From assembly GCF_009914755.1 (NCBI RefSeq), contig NC_060933.1: 64,000 nt of DNA. The stretch is one strand, 5' to 3'. Below, piece by piece: positions 32,936 through 46,124 of the stretch. Each line of letters opens with the position of its first letter. Within the stretch, counting starts at the first letter, position 1. This DNA is from the human T2T-CHM13v2.0 reference genome, Homo sapiens. The notes under the pieces are model-generated. The model saw only the letters and a program-made list of their open reading frames with translations, was not told where the DNA came from and ran no database searches. Made by a program: the position numbers and the translations under genes.

Positions 32936-33119
32936 TATTTATTCATAATTATTATGGGGGGGGGGGTGTTCCAAAGTAAATCATCAACCTGCCACCAACA
33001 GTGCACCTGTAGTAAATGGTTACCATTTACCTGTCTTCTCCTCACCTTTATTTGATAAAATTTCATTTAATGACCTTTCTATAGTTTTACTATCTTCACT
33101 AAGAATTTAGAACTTACAT

Positions 33120-33418
33120 GGCCGGGCATGGTGGCTCACACCTGAAATCCCAGCACTTTGGGAGGCCGAGGTGGGCGGATCATGAGGTCAGGAGATCGAG
33201 ACCATCCTGGCTAGCATGGTAAAACCCCGTCTCTACTAAAAATACAAAAAATTACCCAGGCATGGTGGCGGGCGCCTGTAGTCCCAGCTACTCGGGAGGG
33301 ACAGAATGGCGTGAACCCGGGAGGTGGAGCTTGCAGTGAGCCAAGATTGCACCACTGCACTGTCTCCAGCCTGGGCGACAGAGCGAGACTCCGTGTAAAA
33401 AAAAAAAAAAAAAAAAAA
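33120..33418 (+). mobile_element. AluY with small internal deletion
   Basis: AluY diagnostics; ctcgggagggacagaatggc lacks ctgaggcagg; TSD aatttagaacttac. Confidence 0.94.
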
Positions 33419-35600
33419 TTTAGAACTTACCATGCCATGTGCAATATGCAATATTGAATAATCTCACTTCAATTGAAAAATAAACCTCATTTTTCATGCA
33501 TACAGAGAAAAATGTATTCATCATCATTTTGGGGGATCATTTAAATCCCTCACCTGAATGCATTTCGGTAAAGTTTAGCTGAGGGGGTCTTATATTTGCC
33601 TAGAGAGAACACAATGTCTAACCATGCATTTCCTCAGGGAACTCTACGGTACAAGGCCTCTTTTCACCTTGTAAAAAGAGACTCCAAGCCCTGCTGGCAA
33701 TTCACAATACAAAAAGGATATCTTATTGATATGAAAGTTGAATTTAATGTGATAGGAGCAAATCACTTTTCAAAGTGGCCAAGAGAGGGGGAAAGGGTTA
33801 AGAAGTCTCTATTGATGTAAGACAAATTAAAAGCAGAAATATAAGAAATGACGCTCCTTCCCAAGAATCCTATGAGTGGGTTTTTGTGGTCTTAAAATGT
33901 ACCTTGATTCATCTACTTCTGTTCATGCATGTTTGCATGTACGTCCTTCTCCAAGCAGCTAGAGAAAATAAAGTTGGATGCATCAGCCTGTTCCCATTGT
34001 TTCAGGAGCAACCATCCAGTCTTTTAGATTCTAAAAGCCTAAAGATTCTGAAAGTGGAAAATTTATTGTTTCACTCAAAAATTCCATAAGCCATCTTCCT
34101 AAGTATGAAATAGCTTCAGGGAATTCTATTTTTTCTGATAGTTTGTCACTAAGTATTTGAGTCCATGATTTTCAGGGGAGCCAAGAGATCTCATACCAAA
34201 TTGCAGGGAATTCCTATGATGTTTTTTAAAAGCAGCCATTTAGTGTTCTTCTCTGATTTGCAGACATGCAATAAAATCTTTTTATGCACCCTATTTATTT
34301 TCCTAGACATTTAAATTTTTTCATGCCCAGCATGCTCAATAATTCAAGCAGAGTTGAAAATGGCCAGGTTTTACCTTCCATGGGATTATCCTTGGGGACT
34401 GAGGGTTTAAAAGAATGACAGCTATGAAAAATCCCAGGCCTCCTCCCAGCTGTGCACATTGAACTGTCTCTACTGAAAGCAGTAACCTCTGCCTGCTTCA
34501 CAGGAGGGATTGGCGAGCATCCTAACAGTCACTGTAAATCACAGCCCATCACACAGCTAACTCTAGAGCAATGGGGCCACCTAGACTCCAAATATGGAAG
34601 CGCTGAAAGGAAAAAAATCCCTTCTGGGATTCATTCCTAGAGGCTCCTTGAGATCTGGATATTGAGAGGGTAAAAGAGGAGCTTGTACATGTCTGAGTCT
34701 CAGGTGATCAGAGACAACTTGAATGCATGAGGATTTTTCTCCATAAAACACATTAGATATTAACTTTTAAATATTTATAAATATTTACATGAAATATCTT
34801 AAATATTAAAAATTATATTTTTATGAGTGTGTTGGCCTAAAGATGAATATATTCCTGTTATATATTAAATATTATATATTTATATATATAAAACATTTAA
34901 TTTAACCTACCAGTTTTTTAAAAAAAATGTTAAAAGAAATAAAGACATTTAGACATTTTTCTGGGACCTTAAAAGTATTGTGGGCCCTCCACACTGTGCC
35001 TAGTGGATAAATTGGCATGGCTGGCACACACTAGGGAGGTCAGGGATTTATAAGGCCTAGAAGCCTTCCATCCTTTAGACTGTTAGAATGTTCTGAAAGA
35101 TGTCCAAGGACACCCAAGGACTTACCATACTTTCCTGCATTTCATGAATTTCTTTCATATTTTAATGTTTCCTTTAATGCATCACATAATAGATGACACG
35201 TTTAACATTGAGGTGGTGGGACTCTGTTCCTTTAAAGTCTTCATTGAATTGATAATACTTTTAAAATATACAGTATCTTAGAATGGAGGAGGCATGGTAT
35301 CCAGCCATGATGAGGAAAAGCAGCCACCCCTGCGCCCTGGGACCTTTCCTGACCTGGCTCTTTCCACTCCCTACCTACCCAGCCACACATCAAGAAGCAG
35401 TCCTTTGTCATTTATTAGCCCACCTTGGAAGCCACATTGCCGCAGTTCTGCTGTGCTCTTGGTTGAAGCAGTCACAAGCCCACCCCACTCATGGAGGAAT
35501 GACAAGTTCACATTGTTGAAGAACATATGAAATGGGGATATAGTTGTTGTCACCTTTGGAGAATGTGATCTGCCAAACATCCCCCAACAAAGACAAATAA

Positions 35601-35990
<390 letters not shown>

Positions 35991-36436
35991 TGAGGGAGCA
36001 GAGCAGCTGGCTGTACAATTTCTTTAAGGAACATGGATATATACCCAGTTGGTTCAGGCAATGGGTGTTACTATCAAACTGTTTGCAGAGGAGTAAGGAA
36101 AACAAAAATGAGAGTAGCCAGGATGTCCTTCTCAGTCAGCTGAGATGTGACAGCTTGTTTAGGGTGGTTGTGCAATTTCAGATGTGTCATCCCCAGCCTC
36201 AGATATCAGTGTTTCTCTTTGCTAGAGCTCTACCATTATGGCTGCTTTTGGGGGAGTCCACCACCCCATTTCTCCTGCAGTTACCAGTTACCTTATTCCC
36301 TGCTTTTCCCCTTTTCTTGACTTACACCCCTTGTGGCTTCTAGAATGTCATCTTGGTCAGGTTTCCATCACTGATCTAGTCAGCTGTGTCCATCAGTGGG
36401 ATCAGTGCTTCCAGATATCTACCCAGCAGAAGCCAC

Positions 36437-36516
36437 TGAGGGTGTGGCTCCTCCTCAAGAGCCAGTAAGGACCCCATGAGGGTGTGACTCCTCCTTAAGA
36501 GCAAATAAGGATCCCA
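36437..36516. repeat. 40-bp tandem duplication (2 copies, 5 mismatches)
   Basis: tgagggtgtggctcctcctcaagagccagtaaggacccca / tgagggtgtgactcctccttaagagcaaataaggatccca. Confidence 0.9.
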
Positions 36517-37899
36517 TGTCTTATGGCTCAAAATAAATACTTTTCATTGCCTGCAGATGTTAATTTCCTAAGGTTAGGCCCAGGGTGAATAAAGGAGGAG
36601 AAAAGAAGACTGAATCTCTGAGGGTAAAACACAGGACAAAGTGAAATGACTTCTTCACCAAAGTAACCACCAAACTGCCTAGCATCTTCCTGCTCTCCTG
36701 TCTCTGGGAGAGTCTATTGTTTGCCCCATAATTACTATCCTTCAGCTCATTTGGCTCTTAATCATGCCTTTGAATGCAGCACAGACAGAATGAACCCAGC
36801 TCTTCTGACTGTTCTAGGCTCAGTACTCTTGAAAGTCAGGCTTCAAGTAGAGTCAATTCTAAGGGGTCTTTGGCCCCAGAGCAGTCAATGCATCAAAGTG
36901 GAATTTTCTATAGCATGCTTGGACCCTTGGCATCCAGCACCAAAGTAAAACACGGCTTGCCTTACATAAGGGAGCCTACATTATCACTCCCAGAATAACT
37001 GGTGACCCCACAGACCTGCACAGATGTGCTGTAGAACAAACAAACATCAGACGTTCTCTATAAGGACAGGTCTAGGCTGCACCTTTATCTATATCCAGTC
37101 AAAGATATATAGATTTATAGTGACCCAGAAAAGAATGCAGAGGAACCTGGAGAAAGCACCCTGCTGCTTAGATCTACAAATTTTGTTCATCTCATATATA
37201 TAGGCACAGACAAAAAGGAATGTTGACAGGCTGTATTTACTTGATCTTTTTGTCATCTCTTAGAATCTAATACATGTGAAAATTTTGGCATAGGTAAGCA
37301 CAATTACTTGTGGTAGACATATATATTTGTGAAGCTGTAACTCCTTGTGTATATATGTTTTATTCTTTACACATTAGTTCTTGCTGCCAAAAAGCTCTAC
37401 ATTTTATAATTCAATCAGCCAACACCTGTACCAAGATTTGGTCACTGGGAACTTCAAATATTTCGTATTTGAGAATGGGGAAATAAAATCTGCAGAAAAA
37501 AAAATTGACCAGAACCTGCGTCATGTATTTTTCACAGGAAAGCTAATTATTAGAGGAGGATAAAAACCTGAGGTTCCCTGACTAGGGAGTGGAGTCTAGA
37601 CAAGGGATCTGATGTGACAGGGTTCCTTCTCTATCCTCTTCAAAATGTAAGGAATGTTTGGCTTCTGGATTGTGTCAGAAAATAGAAGTAACAAATAGTC
37701 TTTATTCATAAAAAACTGGCTTTTCCTGACAGAGATTTTAATCGTGTGCTACACACGTGAATCCTTTTTAAAGAAATTGCTAGGGGCTGGGGAATTTCCA
37801 AGCCAACCTCCATTAACCTGCAGATTGAGCAAGACACACATCTGTTCTTTAATTGCACAGTATTTCGAATCAAAACAAACAAGCCCTTCCACAGAAAAG

Positions 37900-39200
37900 G
37901 GCCTGTTTTCCTGGTGATGGTTTTGGCTCGAGTTACCCTTTGTGTTGAGTATGTCTACTCTTCAGGCCATAAGGTAGCGATCTCACCGACACCTCCCTGT
38001 GTCACGATTCCCCTTAGTAGTCTGTGCTGCAGTCACTAAGCATGACCACTAGATGGCGGGAGAGGACTGAGTTGAGGTTATGGCGGCGGCTCCTTTCTCC
38101 CTGCAGGGTGGGAGGAACGCTGTTGTCTCTTTTTCTTCCTGCCCCTTTGTTTGACTTCACCATTCTCTGTTTCCTTTTCGCTCCGCTGTAGTTACGTGAC
38201 TCACCTTTCATTCAGTACCTCCCTTCAAGGAAAGCCCTGTCTCCTGTCCTTGGACTGGGATCACACAGAGTTCTTGGGATGACCCTGGCTCTCCCGCGCC
38301 AGCCGCTCTGCTGCCAAGCGCAAGCATTCGCTCCCAGATGCTTCGCCCAGTTCTTTGCAAATGTCATCCAATCAGTGTCCAGGTGTTCACGGCTCATCAC
38401 TGGCTTACTGCTCTGGTCTACATAGCTTGGGACATTGCTGTTTATGCAGGTATAAAAAAAAAAAAAGAAAAACAAAAGAAAGAAGGAACGGCAGCATCAC
38501 AGAATGTGAATCAGAATATTAGTCTGTGGTACTGGGAGAGAAAAAGAAGATTCCCCAGAGAGGATGAAGACCAAACAGACTGCAGACCTGCCATCTCTCT
38601 ACACTGCACTTGGATTGGCCATTTGCTGTATGCACCCGGGAAAAAAATTCAGAGGACCATGCTGTTGTGATAGCTGACCTAAAGACATTCTGGAGAGCAC
38701 ATGAGTTTGATTTTTACAAATGACTTAATAATCTGGGGGACCAAGCCAGGGCTGCAGAGTCTGGAAGAGCCCCCGCCAGCGGTGAGCAGAGGAGGAGGAG
38801 ACCCAGAGTCAGGGGTGGTAGAGGAACGGGGTTTCCCAGGCCTCTTTTCACAGCAATTAGAGGTCTGTGTTCTCCTTGAGGCAGGGGCGTAACTCCCACA
38901 AGTGTTAATGAGATTTAACGAAGAGAAAGGGAGACTCCAGAGCTGCATTTCCAGTCGGGGCTTCCACAGCAGCAGAAGAGGACAGAGTTCTGCTGCTTCC
39001 AGCCGGACCTGGCAGAGAGTCCTGGAAGCCTGGACCTTAGCATGTTACCTTCATCAGCAATTCCACACTCCAGCCGGCATCGTAAGTCCCCAACCTGTGG
39101 TCGCCTAGCCCCTTCTACGAACCTTGTGAAGAGAAGCTGCCTGTGCCTTGGGCTAGAAAGTTCTCTCACACTCTATCCAGTGCTTAAGCTCGCCTGCCTA
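37900..39200. promoter_or_regulatory. Candidate promoter/enhancer in unique, CpG-retaining sequence
   Basis: AP-1 TGACTCA 38197-38203 overlapping TACGTG; TTGCAAAT 38355-38362; CCAAT 38368-38372; ATTGG 38614-38618; local CpG cluster 38295-38395; no recognisable repeats. Confidence 0.55.
38026..38061 (+). promoter_or_regulatory. CTCF site, core plus upstream module
   Basis: TGACCACTAGATGGCGGGA (38043-38061) fits the CCASYAGRKGGCR consensus; GCTGCAGT upstream, with TGCAG at 38028-38032, 13 nt before CCAC. Confidence 0.75.
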
Positions 39201-41279
39201 GGTTTACATCCCAGCTCTGCTGAGTTTCCAGCTAAGCCTAGTTTCCTCCTCCAAAAAATGGAGATAATAAATGGCACCTACTTCACTTGCGGATCTAATG
39301 AAAGTCAAGAGCTTAGCACAATGTTTGACCATATAAAGTACCTCTGAGTGATGATGATGATGAATTTGGGCCTAGAATTGACATCTTAGTCATATGAGGC
39401 AGAACCTAGTTCTAAGGAAACACACCTCAGTGCCATGATAGAAACATTTCATCATGAAAACCTAAGCAGTTGTGCAATGAAAATCCCTGTCATTTACAAC
39501 AATTCCCCCACCCCCCACGTACTTGGGATAAATTAGAACCAGGATGGGCCAAGTTTCTCGTCTCGCCTCCTCTTTTCCTCAGTGGCAACCGTGTGATTTA
39601 TGGCTCTGACGGGAGAGCCAACCAAACTCAGTTGTTTCAGCTGATTGTCCCCGTGAGTTTTCAGGTTGATGTGAAATCCAATGGGGTGTGAACTGAAACC
39701 CAAGATCTCCTGAAAGCCCCATGCACTAAGCTCAGTAAGGGACCAAACCAAACCAAACCAAAGCTCCCTCCCTCTTGCCTGGCACTCCTGGAGCTCACAA
39801 AAAGCCTGCCACTTGTGAGCCTGTGTGCCTGGAAGGGTCTGCTGCACCTGGCTGGGGGCCCCTGGGCCATTGTTTTCCTGGCAGCAGCAAGGAGGCAGGT
39901 CTTCGGCTCACTCCTGGAGCTGGCCCCACACCAGCGACCTCAGAAACCAGGCAGGCTTTCATCCTGGGGTCTCCTAGGGGTTGGTTACACAGAGAGAGTG
40001 AGGCTTTGTTGGAAGACTCTCAGAGGCCTGGCCAGGTTTTCCTCTCACAGCCAAGAAGCAGGTTCTAGTTCTTTCCAAACCCTTGATACCTTCTAAACTG
40101 AAAAGCGGCTGCCCACTCAGAATTTGGGCTAGGCCATGGAGATGCTAAAAACCTTATCTTTTAAAAGGGAATTGTTACTGTCTCTCTGAAAAGACTGCAG
40201 GGTTTCTAGGAGATTCTGAAATGATGTATACAGCTAGAGTCTAAAAAGGTGGAAGGACAGGTTTCTGGGTAGGGGGTTAAAAGTGTAAGCTCTGGAGGCA
40301 GGCAGACCTGGGAGCAAGTCCCAGCTCATACTCTTCATAGCTGAGTGACCTTGAGAAAGTCACTCAATCCCTCTGAGGTTCTCTTTGTTCTTTTGCTCCC
40401 TGCTCACTCTTCATCTTACCCTGTCTAGCCCAACGTTTTTGGTAGTTCATGTTCCAGTCAGAAGAAAAGACCAGTGAGAACTGGGATTTATAATAATTAC
40501 AATCATCAAAATTAACTGAGTACAGTGCTCAGCAATTTATATCAATTTCATGTAATCCTGAGAACCCTTTTATAAGGTAGGCATTGCACTGATTCACATT
40601 TTACCAGTGAGGAAATAGAAGTTTAGGAAGGTTGCCAAAAACTTAGAATGACCTTTCTAAAATATGTCTGGTTCTATTAGTCTTTGGTTTAAAATCTTAC
40701 CATGGATTTATCTTCAGGATAAAATAAAATTCTTTAACACAGAAAAAAGGACCCTTCCATGCTGTGAGCCTTCAGGATTCAGTGGTTAACCAGTATCATC
40801 TTTCTAACTTCCTGACCTGCAAGTCTCCCTCTGACCACACTGAGCTTTCACCCTTCCCTAGCTGACTGAGGTGTTCTTGCACCTCCAAGAATCTGCACAC
40901 AATCTTTTCTTCTTCCTTCATATCCTTCTGGATCTGGCTAACTCTGACTATCCTTCAAGACATGGTTGGGTATCGCTTTGTCTGGAGAATAACCTGTATG
41001 CCCCCAAAGATGGGGATAAACACCCTTTCTAGATGATCTGGTAGTTTCTGAGTCTGCTTCTAACAAGGTTAACTCCAAATTCCTCAGCCCAAGACTGAAG
41101 GGAACTCCTTTCACTCCTTTTACCCTGGACTCTCACCCGTGCAGCTCTCTGGCAGCCGGAAGTCCAAGATGCCCATGGACTCTTAGCAAGCCATTCACAG
41201 TCTTCATTTAGGGAATTTTAGTAGAGTCTGCTGAATTTGTCTTAAATAGGCTGACTACAATGATTTTTTAAAATGTATA

Positions 41280-42409
41280 CAATCATGCACTGCATAACAA
41301 CTTTTCAGTCAACAACAGATCAAATATATGATGGTGATCCCAGGACCTGAAAATATCCTATTGCCTGGTGACATTATAGCCATCAGCATGTGGTAGAGCA
41401 ACACATTACTCACTTGTTTGCCAGTTGTAAAAAAGAATAGCACATACAATTACATACAGTACGTAATACTTGATAATAATAAATGACGATGTTACTGGTT
41501 TGTATATTTACTGTACTATATTTTTCACAGTTATTTTAGGGTGTACTCCTATTTATTAAAAAAAATGTTAACTATAAAAAGCCTCAGGCAGGTTCTTCAG
41601 GAGGTGTTCCAGAAGAAGGCATTGTTATCATAGGAGGTGACAGCTCCATGCATGTTATTTTCCCTGAAGAACTTCCAGTGGGACAGATGTAGAGGTGGAA
41701 GACAATTATACTGATGCTCCTGACCCTGTGTAGGCTAATGTACATGTTTGTGCCTTGGTTTCTAACAAAAAAGTCTAAAAAGCAAAAAATATTAAAAATT
41801 TTAAACAGAAAAAAGGTTATAGAATAACGATATAAAAATATTTTCGTATAGCTATACAATATATTTGTGTTTTAAGCTAAGTGTTATTACAAAAAGTCAA
41901 AATTTTAAAAATTACAGCGTTTATAAAGTAAAAAACTTTATAGTAACAAAGGTTAATTTATTATTGAAGAAAAATTGTTTATACATTTAGTGTAGCCTAA
42001 TTTTACAGTGTTTATAAAGTCTACAGTAGTATACAGTAATGTCCTAGGTCTTCACATTTACTTATCACTCACTCACCAACTCACCCAGAGCAACTTCCAG
42101 TCCTGCAAGCTCCATTCATGCCCCATACAGGTATACCATTTAAAAAATCTTCTATAGCATATATTTACTCTAGTGTTTCCACATTGAGATGTATTTAAAT
42201 ACACAAATATTTATCATTGTGTTACAATTGCCTGTAGTATTGAGAATAGTAACATGGTGTACAGATCTGTAGCCTAGCAGCAATAGGCTATACCATACAG
42301 CCTAGGTGTGTAGGTGGCTACACCATCTAAGTTCGTGTAACACAATGACAAAACCACCTAACCATGCATTTCTCAGATTGTGTCCCCATCATGAAGTGAC
42401 CCATGATTG
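41280..42409. mobile_element. Tigger3b-like (TcMar-Tigger) non-autonomous DNA transposon
   Basis: TIRs caatcatg.../...catgattg flanked by TA on both sides; internal cctcaggcaggttcttcaggaggtgttccagaagaaggcattg. Confidence 0.9.
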
Positions 42410-43525
42410 TACATCATATACTGCCCCTAGAGTCTTCTCAGTGGCCATCTGGCTCAGAAGTTTTCAATCTTTCTTAGGACAAGGACTGCTTTCGAATTTG
42501 TGGGAAGCAATGGATGCTGTTGGGGAGGGGGCTGCACATACAGACATATTTACTAAAGGTATTATAATTTCAGGAAGGTTCACAGATCCCCTGCAGACCA
42601 CTCAGGAATTCTGTTAAGAATCCCTGATGAAGTCCAACTTTCTCATTTGTAGCTAGGAAACAGGGTGCCAGAGACTTGCTGTAATTGTCCACATTCAGAT
42701 AGCTAGAGAGTGATCAAGCTGGGATTTATATCCAAGTGTTCTGGTTCTTTTAGCCTGTGTTTATTTTAAAGATTAATAATGGGGGAAACTATTAATTTTA
42801 CTGCATCCCACAATTGGTCAAGCATAGATTACTAAACCTTTGTGCTTCCATATAGGATTGGCATTAGCAGAATTCATTGACACTAGCAATGACCAATAGT
42901 GATTGAAACCTCCAAGAAAAGACATTAAATAATCATGATAACCATAGAATGTTACTTAAAAGGGTAGGAAGCAAAACCTCATTAAACAAAAATTAAAAAC
43001 ACTTAAGAATGACAATATCAATAGCTAAAATCAACACCAACAGATACAAGACCATCCTTCCAGCCAAGTAAGACAATCAAAAGGTGTGGAAGGTCAGGTT
43101 GCAGTCCTGATCAGTCAGGCATTCAAACTGGACTGATAATTATCAAAGTGGAAGTTCACAGAAAGAGTTATTATAATTGAGGAAGTAAAAAATCATGTAA
43201 CTTCCACATTCAATACTGTAATTTAAAAATAGATTTTTTTCACAATAACCATATACAAAATAATGTATTTAACACATAAAACCAACAAGAGAAAACCCAC
43301 AATTCTTTCTGATCACACAAAAATCTATTTAGAATGTTAAAATTATTATTTTTTCTCTATGCCTTTGTTGTTCTACTTAAAGTATACAAACATCATACTG
43401 ACATAGATTACTTATTCACTTACCAAAAAGGAGATGTAGACAATAGAACATCTAAATTGACTGAAAAATCTACCAAGGCTTTTATATTTAAATCACAGGC
43501 AAAATGGTACATGTTATCTTCAAAT

Positions 43526-43637
43526 TAGGGTGACTAAACATTTTGGTTTGCCCAGGACTGTCCCATATTTGGCATGGGAAGTCCCATGTCCACAACACCC
43601 CTCAGTTCCAGGCCAAACAAGACAGCTGGTCACCCTA
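43526..43637. mobile_element. MER81-like hAT-Blackjack MITE
   Basis: TIRs tagggtgac / gtcacccta; 8-bp TSD cttcaaat/cctcaaac. Confidence 0.85.
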
Positions 43638-45344
43638 CCTCAAACAACAGCACAAACAACCAGAATAATTATGTTCTTTAAACTCTCACCTTATATACAA
43701 TTTATAAATAATAACAATGAATTCATTGAATAAAGAAATAAAATATTGAGTTGGCTATTTTACATTATAGACTGAACTGGGTTTTTAATTTAATTTTATT
43801 TATTATTATTATTATTTTTAGTTTTGAGTCTTACTTTTTCCTCCCATGTAGAAAGAGAATTAGTTTTGTTAATTTAAAAAATCATCCATTATGCATCAGC
43901 CATCATGGTCAACAGCTGAAATTTCTCATGTATTCGCATACCACAATACGGTCCCATTAAACATGAGCGTATTGAAACAAACAAATACTAGAATAAATTC
44001 ATGCAGTAAAACTCTAAAAAATAGTACCGAACCATAGGAGAAAAAGGAAACCATTTAAATAGTCAAAGTTGTAAGAAAAATATTTTTGTTCTGAAATGGT
44101 CTTGGTTTCTTTTTCTTAGGTGAGAGTGTGTTGGGTAGAGATGAAAGCTTGGGAAGGATCGTTAAAATTCCGGTAGATATTTTTTAACTGCCACTAATTC
44201 ACTGCCGAATAATGTTATACAAATTATGTAGCCCAATGTTGTCTTACGTGGAGCTTCTTCAATATCATAGTGAAATTTAGCTGGTAGCAATATTATGAGC
44301 CTGAATTAATAATTTTAGGGGCCTGCTAATGAAGCAGCTGTAGCCAAAAAAACCAAGGTGGGGAAATATCTATTAAAATGACATCTTGCATTCCTTTATG
44401 GTTTATGGAAGTTTTCAATGTATGCTATGATTATTTCCATTTTATTGTATGGGTGACTCACGGTTATGAGACTTTACCTAAGTTCACTTCGTGGGTATGT
44501 GGAAGAAGAGGGCTAGAACTCAGAACTTCTGACTTCTAGTCTGGTGCTGTCTTTAGTTTTCAACTCTTGCCACTGTGTTTCAGACTTTGCAGGCCACTGT
44601 GAGTCTGACACCTACAATACCCTCTCTTTGAAAAAATATACATGTGCATAGGTCCTTTCCTATCAGTTATAAGGCCTGGGACAAGCGTACAAAGGGAGAG
44701 CCATACACCTTATGCCACAGGTTTTTCCTCATCTCACCCCGTCCTACTCTGTCCATAATACTCTCAGATTCCCCCGTCATCACTGGTTTCACCCTTTTAA
44801 GTCCTTCAAAGGAACCTAAGGCTGGAAGGCCAAGTTCAAATATAGAATTCTTGGACTCCTTGGAATTTTTCTCTGGAAAGTGGTGGCCTTCTCATCCTTG
44901 GCCTTCCCAGCCCTGGGGCAGGAGGTGGGGGCTGCGGGGAGGATGGACTTGGGGAAGAGGCTTGAGCTCTTTAGGTAGAAAATTCCCAGGTTCTAGGAGC
45001 AGAACCATGGGCCAAAAAAGGAGGAAGCAGGCTTATAGTGGGCACTTTGCTTGGACCTCTGGAACATCATGTCCTGTAGAGAGGGGCACAGCCAGAGTAA
45101 GGCATGCTAAGGTACCCCTCTTGCCTGATCTAAAAGCAACGGTACTTGCACACATACTCAAACAATTCTATATACAACTTCTGGGATTCACAGGTGTCCT
45201 GTAGCTCTTCCTTAGATCACAAGTTAAGAACTTCTGATATCATCACTTAAGAATAGCAGTAAATCCCACTTGTATTGCTCTTAATAAAGTATAAAATGCT
45301 TTCACACTCAAAAGCTCATAATCTCATTTATTTGATTCTTAGTT

Positions 45345-45389
45345 CCATTCATTCATTCATTCATTCATTCATCCATTCAATTCATTCAT
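45345..45389. repeat. (ATTC)n simple repeat, probably an L2 tail
   Basis: Direct reading. Confidence 0.85.
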
Positions 45390-45459
45390 CTACTTGTCAA
45401 AGAACGCGCCGGGGGTGGGCTATCAACTGTACAGGTAAAAACAGATCCTTTCAAAAGAT

Positions 45460-46030
45460 TCCACAGTTACCACAGGACCCAGCAATACTACTACTACGTA
45501 CATATTAAAAAGAAATAAAACACATGTCTGTTTAAACACTTGTACATGCATCTTCGTAGCAGCATTACTTATAATAGCCAAAAAGTAGAAACAACCCAAA
45601 TGTTCATCAACTGATGAATGGATAAACGAAATGTGGTATATCCATACAATGCAATATTGTTTCACAATACAAAGGAATAAAGTCCTGGTGCATGCGACCA
45701 TGGGAATAACCTGAAAACTTTATCCTAAGTGAAAGATGCCAGGCACAAAAGCCACATGTAGTATGATTCCATTTATGTGAGATTCCCCAAACAGGCAAAT
45801 CCATAGAGGCAGAAAGTAGATTAATGGTATGCTAGGGGTATGCAGGAAAGGAATAATGGGGGCGTGACTGCTAATGAGCAGAGGGCTTTCTTTTTTGGGG
45901 TGATGAAAATGTTCTGGACTTAGTTGTGATGGCTACTCAACCTCCTAAGTATACTGAAAACCACTGAATAGTACACTTTAAAAGGGCGAATTTTATAGTA
46001 TCTGAATTATACCTTAATTTTAAAACAGAT
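45460..46030 (+). mobile_element. L1MB-type 3' end
   Basis: aaacaacccaaatgttcatcaactgatgaatggataaac...gggtgatgaaaatgttctgga...gtacactttaaaaggg. Confidence 0.88.
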
Positions 46031-46124
46031 TTTCAGAGCAAACTAAAACAGATCTTGTTCTTGCTTTTATGACGCCTACAGCCTGGCTCTCTGAGAGGTC
46101 TCTGCACTTATTAGGGCAGTTTCC

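Noticed and set aside
38338-38670. 110-aa ORF MLRPVLCK...
   Set aside because: No recognisable domain, and the lysine run comes from an A-tract; the length is within chance expectation. It cannot be excluded as a lncRNA ORF, but it is unsupported.
44644-45204. 186-aa ORF
   Set aside because: Non-ATG start, no homology recognised, and its 3' end appears to overlap decayed repeat-like sequence.
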